This document shows, piece after piece, positions 50,601-64,000 of a stretch of DNA of 64,000 nucleotides. The notes under the pieces are model-generated. The model was not told the origin of the DNA. It made no database searches and saw nothing but the letters and a program-made list of their open reading frames with translations. Within the stretch, counting starts at the first letter, position 1. Each line of letters starts with the position of its first letter. Source of the DNA: Eledone cirrhosa (taxonomy: Eukaryota); NCBI GenBank assembly GCA_964016885.1, contig OZ024742.1, forward strand, positions 8,060,001 through 8,124,000, written 5' to 3'. A program made the translations under genes and the position numbers.

Positions 50601-53600
50601 GTGGTTGTCAAGGTTTCTATATGGACATTATACGTTATAGAAGGTCTACCCAGTGGTTGTCAAGGTTTCTATCTGGACATTATACGTTATAGAAGGTCTA
50701 CCCAGTGGTTGTCAAGGTTTCTATCTGGACATTATACGTTGTAGAAGGTCTACCCAGTGGCTGTCAAGGTTTCTATCTGGACATTATACGTTATAGAAGG
50801 TCTACCCAGTGGTTGTCAAGGTTTCTATCTGGACATTATACGTTATAGAAGGTCTACCCAGTGGTTGTCAAGGTTTCTATCTGGACATTATACGTTATAG
50901 AAGGTCTACCCAGTGGTTGTCAAGGTTTCTATCTGGACATTATACGTTATAGAAGGTCTACCCAGTGGTTGACAGGGTTTCTATCTGGACATTATACGTT
51001 ATAGAAGGTCTACCCAGTGGTTGCCAAGGTTTCTATCTGGACATTATACGTTATAGAAGGTCTACCCAGTGGTTGACAAGGTTTCTATCTGGACATTATA
51101 CGTTATAGAAGGTCTACCCAGTGGTTGTCAAGGTTTCTATCTGGACATTATACGTTATAGAAGGTCTACCCAGTGGTTGACAAGGTTTCTATCTGGACAT
51201 TATACGTTATAGAAGGTTTACCCAGTGGTTGTCAAGGTTTCTATCTGGACATTATACGTTATAGGTCTACCCAGTGGTTGTCAAGGTTTCTATCTGGACA
51301 TTATACGTTATAGAAGGTCTACCCAGTGGTTGTCAAGGTTTCTATCTGGACATTATACGTTGTAGAAGGTCTACCCAGTCGTTGTCAAGGTTTCTATCTG
51401 GACATTATACGTTGTAGAAGGTCTACCCAGTCGTTGTCAAGGTTTCTATCTGGACATTATACGTTATAGAAGGCCTACCCAGTGGCTGTCAAGGTTTCTA
51501 TCTGGACATTATACGTTATAGAAGGTCTACCCAGTGGTTGTCAAGGTTTCTATCTGGACATTATACGTTATAGGTCTACCCAGTGGTTGTCAAGGTTTCT
51601 ATCTAGACATTATACGTTATAGAAGGTCTACACAGTGGTTGTCAATGTTTCTATCTGGACATTATACGTTATAGAAGGTCTACCCAGTCGTTGTCAAGGT
51701 TTCTATCTGGAAATTATACGTTGTAGAAGGTCTACCCAGTCGTTGTCAAGGTTTCTATCTGGACATTATACGTTATAGAAGGTCTACCCAGTCGTTGTCA
51801 AGGTTTCTATCTGGACATGATACGTTATAGGTCTACCCAGTGGTTGTCGAGGTTTCTATCTGGACATTATAGGTTATAGAAGGTCTACCCAGTGGTTGTC
51901 AAGATTTCTATCTGGACATTATACGTTATAGGTCTACCCAGTGGTTGTCAATGTTTCTATCTGGACATTATACGTTATAGAAGGTCTACCCAGTGGTTGT
52001 CAAGGTTTCTATCTGGACATTATACGTTATAGAAGGTCTACCCAGTGGTTGTCAAGGTTCCTATCTGGACATTATACGTTATAGGTCTACCCAGTGGTTG
52101 TCAAGATTTCTATCTGGACATTATACGTTATAGAAGGTCTACCCAGTGGTTGTCAAGGTTTCTATCTGGACATTATACGTTATACGTCTACCCAGTGGTT
52201 GTCAATGTTTCTATCTGGACATTATACGTTATAGAAGGTCTACCCAGTGGTTGTCAAGGTTTCTATCTGGACATTATACGTTATAGAAGGTCTACCCAGT
52301 GGTTGTCAAGGTTTCTATCTGGACATTATACGTTATAGGTCTACCCAGTGGTTGTCAATGTTTCTATCTGGACATTATAGGTTATAGAAGGTCTACCCAG
52401 TGGTTGTCAAGGTTTCTATCTGGACATTATACGTTATAGAAGGTCTACCCAATGGTTGTCAAGGTTTCTATCTGGACATTATACGTTATAGAAGGTCTAC
52501 CCAGTGGTTGTCAAGGTTTCTAGCTGGACATTATACGTTATAGGTCTACCCAGTGGTTGTCAAGGTTTCTATCTGGACATTATACGTTATAGAAGGTTTA
52601 CCCAGTGGTTGTCAAGGTTTCTATCTGGACATTATACGTTATAGAAGGTCTACCCAGTGGTTGTCAAGGTTTCGATCTGGACATTATACGTTATAGGTCT
52701 ACCCAGTGGTTGTCAAGGTTTCTATCTGGACATTATACGTTATAGAAGGTCTACCCAGTGGTTGTCAAGGTTTCTATCTGGACATTATAGGTTATAGAAT
52801 GTCTTCCCAGTGGTTGTCAAGGTTTCTATCTGGACATTATACGTTATAGGTCTACCCAGTGGTTGTCAAGGTTTCTATCTGGACATTATACGTTATAGGT
52901 CTACCCAGTGGTTGTCAAGGTTTCTATCTGGACATTATACGTTATATAAGGTCTACCCAGTGGCTGTCAAGGTTTCTATCTGGACATTATACGTTATAGA
53001 ATGTCTACCCAGTGGTTGTCAAGGTTTCTATCTGGACATTATACGTTATAGGTCTACCCAGTGGTTGTCAAGGTTTCTATCTGGACATTATACGTTATAG
53101 GTCTACCCAGTGGTTGTCAAGGTTTCTATCTGGACATTATACGTTATAGAAGGTCTACCCAGTGGCTGTCAAGGTTTCTATCTGGACATTATACGTTATA
53201 GAAGGTCTACCCAGTGGCTGTCAAGGTTTCTATCTGGACATTATACGTTATAGGTCTACCCAGTGGTTGTCAAGGTTTCTATCTGGACATTATAGGTTAT
53301 AGAAGGTCTACCCAGTGGTTGTCAAGGTTTCTATCTGGACATTATACGTTATAGGTCTACCCAGTGGTTGTCAAGGATTCTATCTGGACATTATACGTTA
53401 TAGAAGGTCTACCCAGTGGTTGTCAAGGTTTCTATCTGGACATTATACGTTATAGGTCTACCCAGTGGTTGTCAAGGTTTCTATCTGGACATTATACGTT
53501 ATAGAAGGTCTACCCAGTGGCTGTCAAGGTTTCTATCTGGACATTATACGTTATAGAAGGTCTACCCAGTGGCTGTCAAGGTTTCTATCTGGACATTATA

Positions 53601-55021
53601 CGTTATAGGTCTACCCAGTGGTTGTCAAGGTTTCTATCTGGACATTATAGGTTATAGAAGGTCTACCCAGTGGTTGTCAAGGTTTCTATCTGGACATTAT
53701 ACTTTATAGGTCTACCCAGTGGTTGTCAAGGATTCTATCTGGACATTATACGTTATAGAAGGTCTACCCAGTGGTTGTCAAGGTTTCTATCTGGACATTA
53801 TACGTTATAGGTCTACCCAGTGGTTGTCAAGGTTTCTATCTGGACATTATACGTTATAGAAGGTCTACCCAGTGGTTGTCAAGGTTTCTATCTGGACATT
53901 ATACGTTATAGGTCTACCCAGTAGTTGTCAAGGTTTCTATCTGGACATTATACGTTATAGGTATACCCAGTGGTTGTCAAGGTTTCTATCTGGACATTAT
54001 ACGTTATAGAAGGTCTACCCAGTGGTTGTCAAGGTTTCTATCTGGACATTATACGTTGTAGAAGGTCTACCCAGTGGTTGTCAAGGTTTCTATCTGGACA
54101 TTATACGTTGTAGAAGGTCTACCCAGTGGTTGTCAAGGTTTCTATCTGGACATTATACGTTATAGGTCTACCCAGTGGTTGTCAAGGTTTCTATCTGGAC
54201 ATTATACGTTATAGAAGGTTTACCCAGTGGTTGTCAAGGTTTCTATCTGGACATTATACGTTATAGAAGGTCTACCCAGTGGTTGTCAAGGTTTCTATCT
54301 GGACATTATACGTTATAGGTCTACCCAGTGGTTGTCAAGGTTTCTATCTGGACATTATACGTTATAGAAGGTTTACCCAGTGGTTGTCAAGGTTTCTATC
54401 TGGACATTATACGTTATAGGTCTACCCAGTGGTTGTCAAGGTTTCTATCTGGACATTATACGTTATAGGTCTACCCAGTGGTTGTCAAGGTTTCTATCTG
54501 GACATTATACGTTATAGGTCTACCCAGTGGTTGTCAAGGTTTCTATCTGGACATTATACGTTATAGAAGGTTTACCCAGTGGTTGTCAAGGTTTCTATCT
54601 GGACATTATACGTTATAGGTCTACCCAGTGGTTGTCAAGGTTTCTATCTGGACATTATACGTTATAGGTCTACCCAGTGGTTGTCAAGGTTTCTATCTGG
54701 ACATTATACGTTATAGGTCTACCCAGTGGTTGTCAAGGTTACTATCTGGAGATTATACGTTATAGGTCTACCCAGTGGTTGTCAAGGTTTCTATCTGGAC
54801 ATTATACGTTAGAGAAGGTCTACCCAGTGGTTGACAAGGTTTCTATCTGGACATTATACGTTATAGAAGGTCTACCCAGTGGTTGTCAAGGTTTCTATCT
54901 GGACATTATACGTTATAGAAGGTCTACCCAGTGGTTGTCAAGGTTTCTATCTGGACATTATACGTTATAGGTCTACCCAGTGGTTGTCAAGGTTTCTATC
55001 TGGACATTATACGTTATAGAA
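44657..55021. repeat. Satellite B: ~200 tandem copies of a 52-bp monomer (GGTCTACCCAGTGGTTGTCAAGGTTTCTATCTGGACATTATACGTTATAGAA) mixed with a 49-bp variant lacking GAA
   Basis: Direct periodicity. Identical spurious ORFs at 46602/49680 and 48967/52045 (offset 3078). Confidence 0.99.
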
Positions 55022-55402
55022 TGTTCTGGGAGTGGTTCTTCATGGTAGATTTTTATACTTCTTTTCACACCAACAACAACATTAAACTCCTCACATCTTC
55101 AAATTGAAAATATTACACACACGTTTGGGTGTTTGATATTTATATATATATGTATGATATAATATATGTATACACACTCACACACACACACAAGAAATAT
55201 ATATATGTATATATATTAGTAAAAGGAAAAGAAAATGGTAACAAATTTTTCCCAGTGAAAAATAGTTTAATTAGGAATAAGTATAAATTTGTAATAAGTA
55301 TTGGTTAGTATTGAGTTTTAGTTTTAAGTTTTTACCGGTTGCGCATTTCTAATGCTTTTCAAAAATAATTTTGAGAAAGAGCGCTCGTGATGTTTGCTCT
55401 AA

Positions 55403-55437
<35 letters not shown>

Positions 55438-55574
55438 TGGGGGGTGTTTGTATGTGTGTTAGTCAAACACCTGGGTATATTTTCAATCATACTTTGATAA
55501 TGTGATAGGTTTCAGTCTGTATTGGCCCAGGATATGTCTAAAAATCATTGAATATCGATCTAAACCTATACTAT

Positions 55575-56860
<1,286 letters not shown>

Positions 56861-57256
56861 AGTCGAAATATAAAACCTCCGTCCATTTAATCAGGAATGC
56901 CTCTAATCTCTCTTTCTAATCATATATTGGGAAAAACATTAAAACATTGATGGAATCTCTCATAAATTATCTTGACAACAGTCTCCATCTCTTCTGCAGA
57001 GTTATCTTATCCTAACAGGTTCGGTGTCGGGAAGGTCATCTAATTTCGTTTGTATCCAATGTTCAAACGTTGTGTGTCACCAATCAATGCCTCTATAAGA
57101 GTTTCTAGCGAAAGAGAGACGTGTTGCTTGTTTTATATCAATGTTGATTTCATATTAGAATATTTCGTTATCAGAGAAGTTTGTGTAGAGGGGGAGAAGG
57201 TGTCGTAGAAACGCTTCAGTGGCGGATTAAAGGCCAAGCAGTATTTATTTTCATTC

Positions 57257-57310
<54 letters not shown>

Positions 57311-57486
57311 TTTTATGATGTTTATTGAAATCCTGCCGAGTTTTAATTTTGCCTGTTATCATATTTGGCTTCGATGTGATAAGTTCCTACAAGTTTATTC
57401 CGATTGAGACGCGATGGTGATCAATAACCTTGTATATATCTCTGCCATATAAACCTGTGTACATAAACCTTATAATAAATTGTGAA

Positions 57487-58080
57487 TGTTGTTGATGTTG
57501 TTGTTGGTGTTGGTGGTGTTGTTGTTGTTGTTGGGGTTGTTGGTTTTGGTGGTGTTGGTGTTGGTGGTGTTCTAGCTGTTGTTTTCTATTCTACGTCTAC
57601 CCTGTATTGTATAGACCTGATCTAGGGTGTTCCAGGCATGACCAACCCGTTTGATTACAAATAGATTAGAACGACCGTATATAATGGATATTTCTAATCT
57701 CGTTTAAGAGAGTTTAGTGTGAGATGAGAGAGATTTGGTTGCTATTTATAGCAGGTCAAACGTCTAAGGAGTAACCCCAATACTGTTGTTGGCGGTGGGA
57801 GGCACGTGGAGGTGGTGGTGGTGGAGCTGGTGGTGGTGGTGATGGGGATGGCGGTGATGGTGGTGATGGGATTTGGTGGTATCGGTGTTGGCGGTGGTGG
57901 AACTTGTAGTCATGGAGGTGGTGATGGCGTTGTTGATGGTGGTGACGGGGATAGCGGTGATGGTGGTATCGGTGTTGGCGGTGTGAGAGCTTGTGGTAAT
58001 GGCGGTGGTAATGGCGTTGTTGATGGTGGTGATGGGGATAGTGGTGATGAGGGTGGTGTGTTGATGGTGGTGGTGGTGTT
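57487..58080. repeat. Degenerate (GTT)n/(GGT)n trinucleotide repeats (57487-57580, 57785-58080)
   Basis: Directly visible; source of the His/Pro/Gly-rich spurious ORFs. Confidence 0.9.
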
Positions 58081-58149
58081 AACAATCCTGGTCATCGTTG
58101 GTCCGAAGACATTCTAGCCGCCAACTCACATATCTAGAACATTATTATC

Positions 58150-58285
58150 ACGGCCCTTGTCATTCTGAGTTCAAATCCCGCCGAGGTTAACTTTGCCTTT
58201 CATCCTTACGAGGTCGATAAAATAAAGTACCAGTAATACACTGGCTAATTGCTGGCCTTGTGCCAAAAGTAGAAACAATTATTAT
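58150..58285 (+). mobile_element. SINE copy (family of 18580-18770)
   Basis: TCTGAGTTCAAATCCCGCCGAGGTTAACTTTGCCTTTCATCCTTA is identical to ~18647-18691; same 3' end CCTTGTGCCAAAAGTAGAAACAATTATT. Confidence 0.85.
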
Positions 58286-59429
58286 CAAATAATTGCATAC
58301 ATTTTAAAGTTGGTAGGGGGTGACGACACAGATGCCTTTTTTTCTTTTTTCTTTTTTTTTGCTGAATCAACATAGATCTTTAATACTAGACGTTGTCTGA
58401 AGTAAAGAAATGGAAGAACCGGCAGCGTTTAGAAATATCCAATATTCGCTGTCATTTCTCTGAGATCAGGTTATTAATCCTATTGTGATAATTCTTCCTG
58501 TGTTGTCCTTCAGTTTCTGTTGTCTATTTAATCATTATCTCCCACTGTGTTTTCTAGCAATTCTGTACAGACCTCATACAGGTGACATTTTAATGTTTCA
58601 TCATTTTATAACGTGTCTTATTTGTCTAATCAGAGAAGAGTGGGCTGTCGTCAGCCATTTTAGCAGAAGTCAAACTGTTTTCTTTCTCGCCTGGTTTTAC
58701 AGAAATCGGAAACCAGGAGCTGCTTTCCTTTCACTCCTATTCTCTCTTTCTCTCTTATTTTCTCTCTCACTCTCATTTTCTCTTCTCTTTCGCTTTTTCT
58801 TTCTCTCTCTCTCTTTACTTTCCTTTCACTCCTATTCTCAATCATTATCTCTCTCTCTCTTTCTTCTTCGCTCTCTCTATCTTTCGATTTCTCTGTCACT
58901 CTCATTTCCTCTCTCTCTTTCGCACTCTCTCTCATTCTCTCTCGCTTTATCTTTTCTCTCTTTCATTTTCTCTTACTCTCTCTTTCATTCTCTATCTCAA
59001 TTTCTCTCTTTCTCGCTCACAACTTCCCTCCTTCACTCCCTCTCACTCTTAACATATTTAGTTTCGTCTCAACAGAACCTAATTACCTCCCTTCTCAGCT
59101 CTCTCACCTCAGGAGACACATACAATGAATAAGAAATAATAAGCCAACCTTTTTTACGACCAGTTTAAAAACGCCTACATTATTTACTTTCTTTTTACTT
59201 GAGGTCATTACTCGTTAATACATATTTCACTCTACAAGAAAACAATTACGAACACAATTCTGTTGAATATTTAAAACATGAACTTATATATATTTTCAAT
59301 AAAACATTTCTGTAAACTTTGCTATGGTTGATGGTTGTGTATTAAGACCAGTGAGATTTTATAATTGAACTACAATTTTAATTTGAACTTTTATTCACAA
59401 GCTACTGTTGCTGGAAAACATTTTGTGTG

Positions 59430-59535
59430 GAGGAGAAAGTCGATTCAATCGACCCTAGTGTATGACTGGTACTTCATTTTATCGACCCCATAAGGATGAG
59501 AGGCAAAGCTAACCTCAGTGGGATTTGAATTCATA
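59430..59535 (-). mobile_element. SINE fragment (related family)
   Basis: CTGGTACTTCATTTTATCGACCCCATAAGGATGAGAGGCAAAG...GGGATTTGAATTCA. Confidence 0.7.
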
Positions 59536-59815
59536 AAGAATGATATATTGTTGCAAATAAAATAAAAAAGATTTCCTATATATTTCTTACAACATTAATT
59601 CTCTACCAATGTATTGAGTACCTTTTTTTAACTGGGGTTACGCCTTTCACCCCAACACAACTATTTATATATTGAAAATAGGACCAAACACTGTTAATTA
59701 TATGATATATTTATCACCTACTGTTATCTATTTTCTTATTTGAAAGTGACGTATTCTCTCTCTCTCCCTCTCTCTCTATCTCTCTCTATCTCTCTTTCTC
59801 TCTCTCGTTCTCTCT

Positions 59816-59903
<88 letters not shown>

Positions 59904-59925
59904 ATATATAAATATATACAGATAC

Positions 59926-59956
<31 letters not shown>

Positions 59957-59958
59957 GA

Positions 59959-60023
<65 letters not shown>

Positions 60024-60057
60024 AATACGGCACTGAATCAACTGAATACGGCATCCA

Positions 60058-60089
<32 letters not shown>

Positions 60090-60615
60090 AGCAAGAAAGT
60101 AAGTGTTGGTAAAATCCAGTACTTCAGTATGCGGATAGGGAGCACTCAACGAAGATATAAGTTCCGTAGTTATAATAGTGACGAAACATAAGTCAATTGT
60201 ATGAACTCAATTTAAGAATGACCTGTAGTATTATTTCAGAATATTAACCTTAATTGAATATATATCTGACCAGGAATGCTTTTTGTGAAAATCAGTCATA
60301 TGGAACTATTGTCATTTTGCCTGACGGTTTGAACTTTACGACACCACCTGCCTCTTTGAGGTCAAATACCAACCCTACTAGCATCTACAAACTGACCAAT
60401 GAGGATTAAGACTATTCCTGCTGACAACATTAAATTATTCCTAACAAGTTCATATTTCCCAAGGCTCTGATACCATCAACACTATAAACACAGAGCTGGC
60501 ATATCTAAGAAATGACTAACTGCCTCATGAGGTCATAGCCATTCAATGGCTATCATCGAAATATATATAGCAGTAAATGAAGGATTATGAGTTCATACAA
60601 TTGACTTATGTTTCG

Positions 60616-60622
<7 letters not shown>
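60090..60622 (-). mobile_element. Probable PLE remnant with 35-bp inverted arms (60176-60210 / 60588-60622) and tail, in (TA)n
   Basis: Perfect inverted repeat ATAGTGACGAAACATAAGTCAATTGTATGAACTCA; tail carries TTGAGTGCT on the minus strand; (TA)n flanks. Confidence 0.6.
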
Positions 60623-60664
<42 letters not shown>

Positions 60665-60671
<7 letters not shown>

Positions 60672-61003
60672 TGGATGCCGTATTCAGTTGATTCAGGTTT
60701 ATTAAAAACACTCGTTGACTTATTTCACTTAGGACTATCAGTTAAGATAGCCTGAGCTCTTCAGACGCAAAACCTAAAAGAAAGTTCATAAGAAACCATT
60801 AAATTTGAAAAAATTTAATAATTTCCCCGAAAACATTTCCTTTCCATGATATAAGGGTTCGGCCGAACGTGTGGTGTTGTTTCTTGGACGGCCGGCATGT
60901 TCCGTCTTGTACCATTTATACAGCTCTTGAGCGCTTTGTTTTATCTGCTTCACAACCGACAGATCATGGTGTGATCCTCACGTACCTGTTCTATTAACCC
61001 CTT
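60665..61003 (-). mobile_element. PLE 3' end (pLTR with hammerhead); a short opposite-strand copy of its terminus lies at 60033-60065
   Basis: Hammerhead at ~60695-60776, AATAAA, terminus CTGAATCAACTGAATACGGCATCCAAT running into (TA)n. Confidence 0.7.
60695..60776 (-). ncRNA. Type I hammerhead ribozyme (slightly decayed)
   Basis: Minus strand: AGGTTTtgCGT-CTGAAGA-GCTCAGGCTATC-ttaact-GATAGTCCTAAGT-GAAA-TAAG-TC-aACG...AAACCT. Confidence 0.65.
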
Positions 61004-61031
61004 ACTCTCTCTCTCTCTCTCGCTTACCCCC

Positions 61032-62926
<1,895 letters not shown>

Positions 62927-63838
62927 CACAATCTATACGTAGATATTTTACGTCTTGATGTGGGAGCTAAGTATAAGTTTTGTTTATTCCTTTACTTATT
63001 TGCATAGGTAAGTATATATTACCCGTATGTTTTGTGAAGGTATGTATACCTTCTCGTACGTATATTTGACTGTTATAGCGTATAATTTTTACATATTTTG
63101 GTATTTAGGGTTTGGCTATGTGTATACGGGAGTTTTGCGTCCGCGTGAGTGTGCAGGTTCGTACGTATGGTGGGTGTGTGTATATGTGTACTTCTTGGTT
63201 TAGTTGACTTACGTCTCCGAACATTCGTGTATTTATATGTAGGTATGCGTGTGCGCTTGTTATATACGTATTTATTTACTTATATACGTTTATATAATTA
63301 TTTATTTATTTGTACACAAGCATACACAGACACACATATTTATATGTGCGTGGTTTTGCATACCCATGGTAAGGTTTTGCGTATGCTTGTGTATGTACGT
63401 ATCTGTTTGCGTGTATGTATTTATTTGTTTCTATTACTTCTGTATCGTATTTATTTACTTTGTTCTTAACTCTGTAGCGGAGATTCATTTGGTCTCCTAG
63501 TTAGAATTTTAGTCTACGATTTCTGCTATACCATTTACGTGGTTTTGTCTTTGCGTGCTTTTGTTCTCCCCGCTCCACATATGACGTATTATCTTCGTTT
63601 TTTCGTTCATTGCCAGAGCACGTCTCTATGCACCACCTAAGAGAACATTAGTCTACGACCTCTTTTATACCATAAACGTGGTTTTGTCTTTGCTCGTAAT
63701 TGTTTTTCACCGCTCCTATTAATGACGTATTATTCGTTTTTTCCCGTTCTTTGCCAGCGAACGTTACCACGAACCAAAGTATCGTCTTCCGGTCTTCCTC
63801 CGGTTGCAACGTTTTTTGAAATATCCAGTTCTGCGTTT

Positions 63839-63914
63839 ACAGATTGACTTTGTTAGTTTCAGAAGATCCCGTTAAGGGTGAAAGCAGCGATTCTTTGCTT
63901 AAACTTTAATCTGT
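63839..63914 (+). ncRNA. Type I hammerhead ribozyme with a variant core at the PLE 3' end
   Basis: Stem I ACAGATTGA..AGTTT / AAACT-TTAATCTGT, core CAGAAGA (U4>A), stem II CCC-gttaa-GGG, GAAA, stem III AGCA/TGCT, H=U. Confidence 0.7.
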
Positions 63915-63921
63915 TATTTTA

Positions 63922-63965
<44 letters not shown>

Positions 63966-64000
63966 GATATTAAACAAATGGAAACTATATTTATAAAACC

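Noticed and set aside
59107-59120. 14-bp match CCTCAGGAGACACA to the satellite A monomer
   Set aside because: Too short, with no flanking similarity; compatible with chance.
60263-60301. Plus-strand hammerhead-like ATAT-CTGACCA...GAAA-ATCA-GTC-ATAT
   Set aside because: Non-canonical core, no stem II or III pairing, and orientation opposite to that inferred for the host element.

Overview
Eukaryotic, repeat-saturated 64 kb window with no host gene I can confidently call. It is probably from an octopus/cephalopod; this is inferred from the SINE types and the extreme microsatellite load. Main contents: (1) two large satellite arrays, a 64-bp monomer at 1-16141 and a 52/49-bp monomer at 44657-55021, both with kb-scale internal duplications. 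(2) A head-to-tail stack of four L1/Tx1-type LINEs on the minus strand (25917-40440), each bounded by (GATA)n. (3) Many Penelope-like element (PLE) remnants in (TA)n tracts, several with inverted pLTR arms and recognisable hammerhead ribozyme cores, plus a 5'-truncated PLE with an open RT + GIY-YIG ORF at 61128-62926. (4) Fragments of CRE-, R4/Dong- and RTE-type LINEs, tRNA-derived SINEs and a TTAA-flanked MITE. The most unusual signal: in the two diverged full-length Tx1-like copies, ORF2 is exactly bracketed by a consensus splice donor (GAG|GTRAGT, just upstream of the ORF2 start) and a pyrimidine-tract TAG|GT that coincides with the ORF2 stop codon. Both 5'UTRs also hold an intron-like segment. 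This suggests, by inference only, a LINE that places its polymerase gene inside an intron. All calls were made by eye; boundaries may be off by a few bases.
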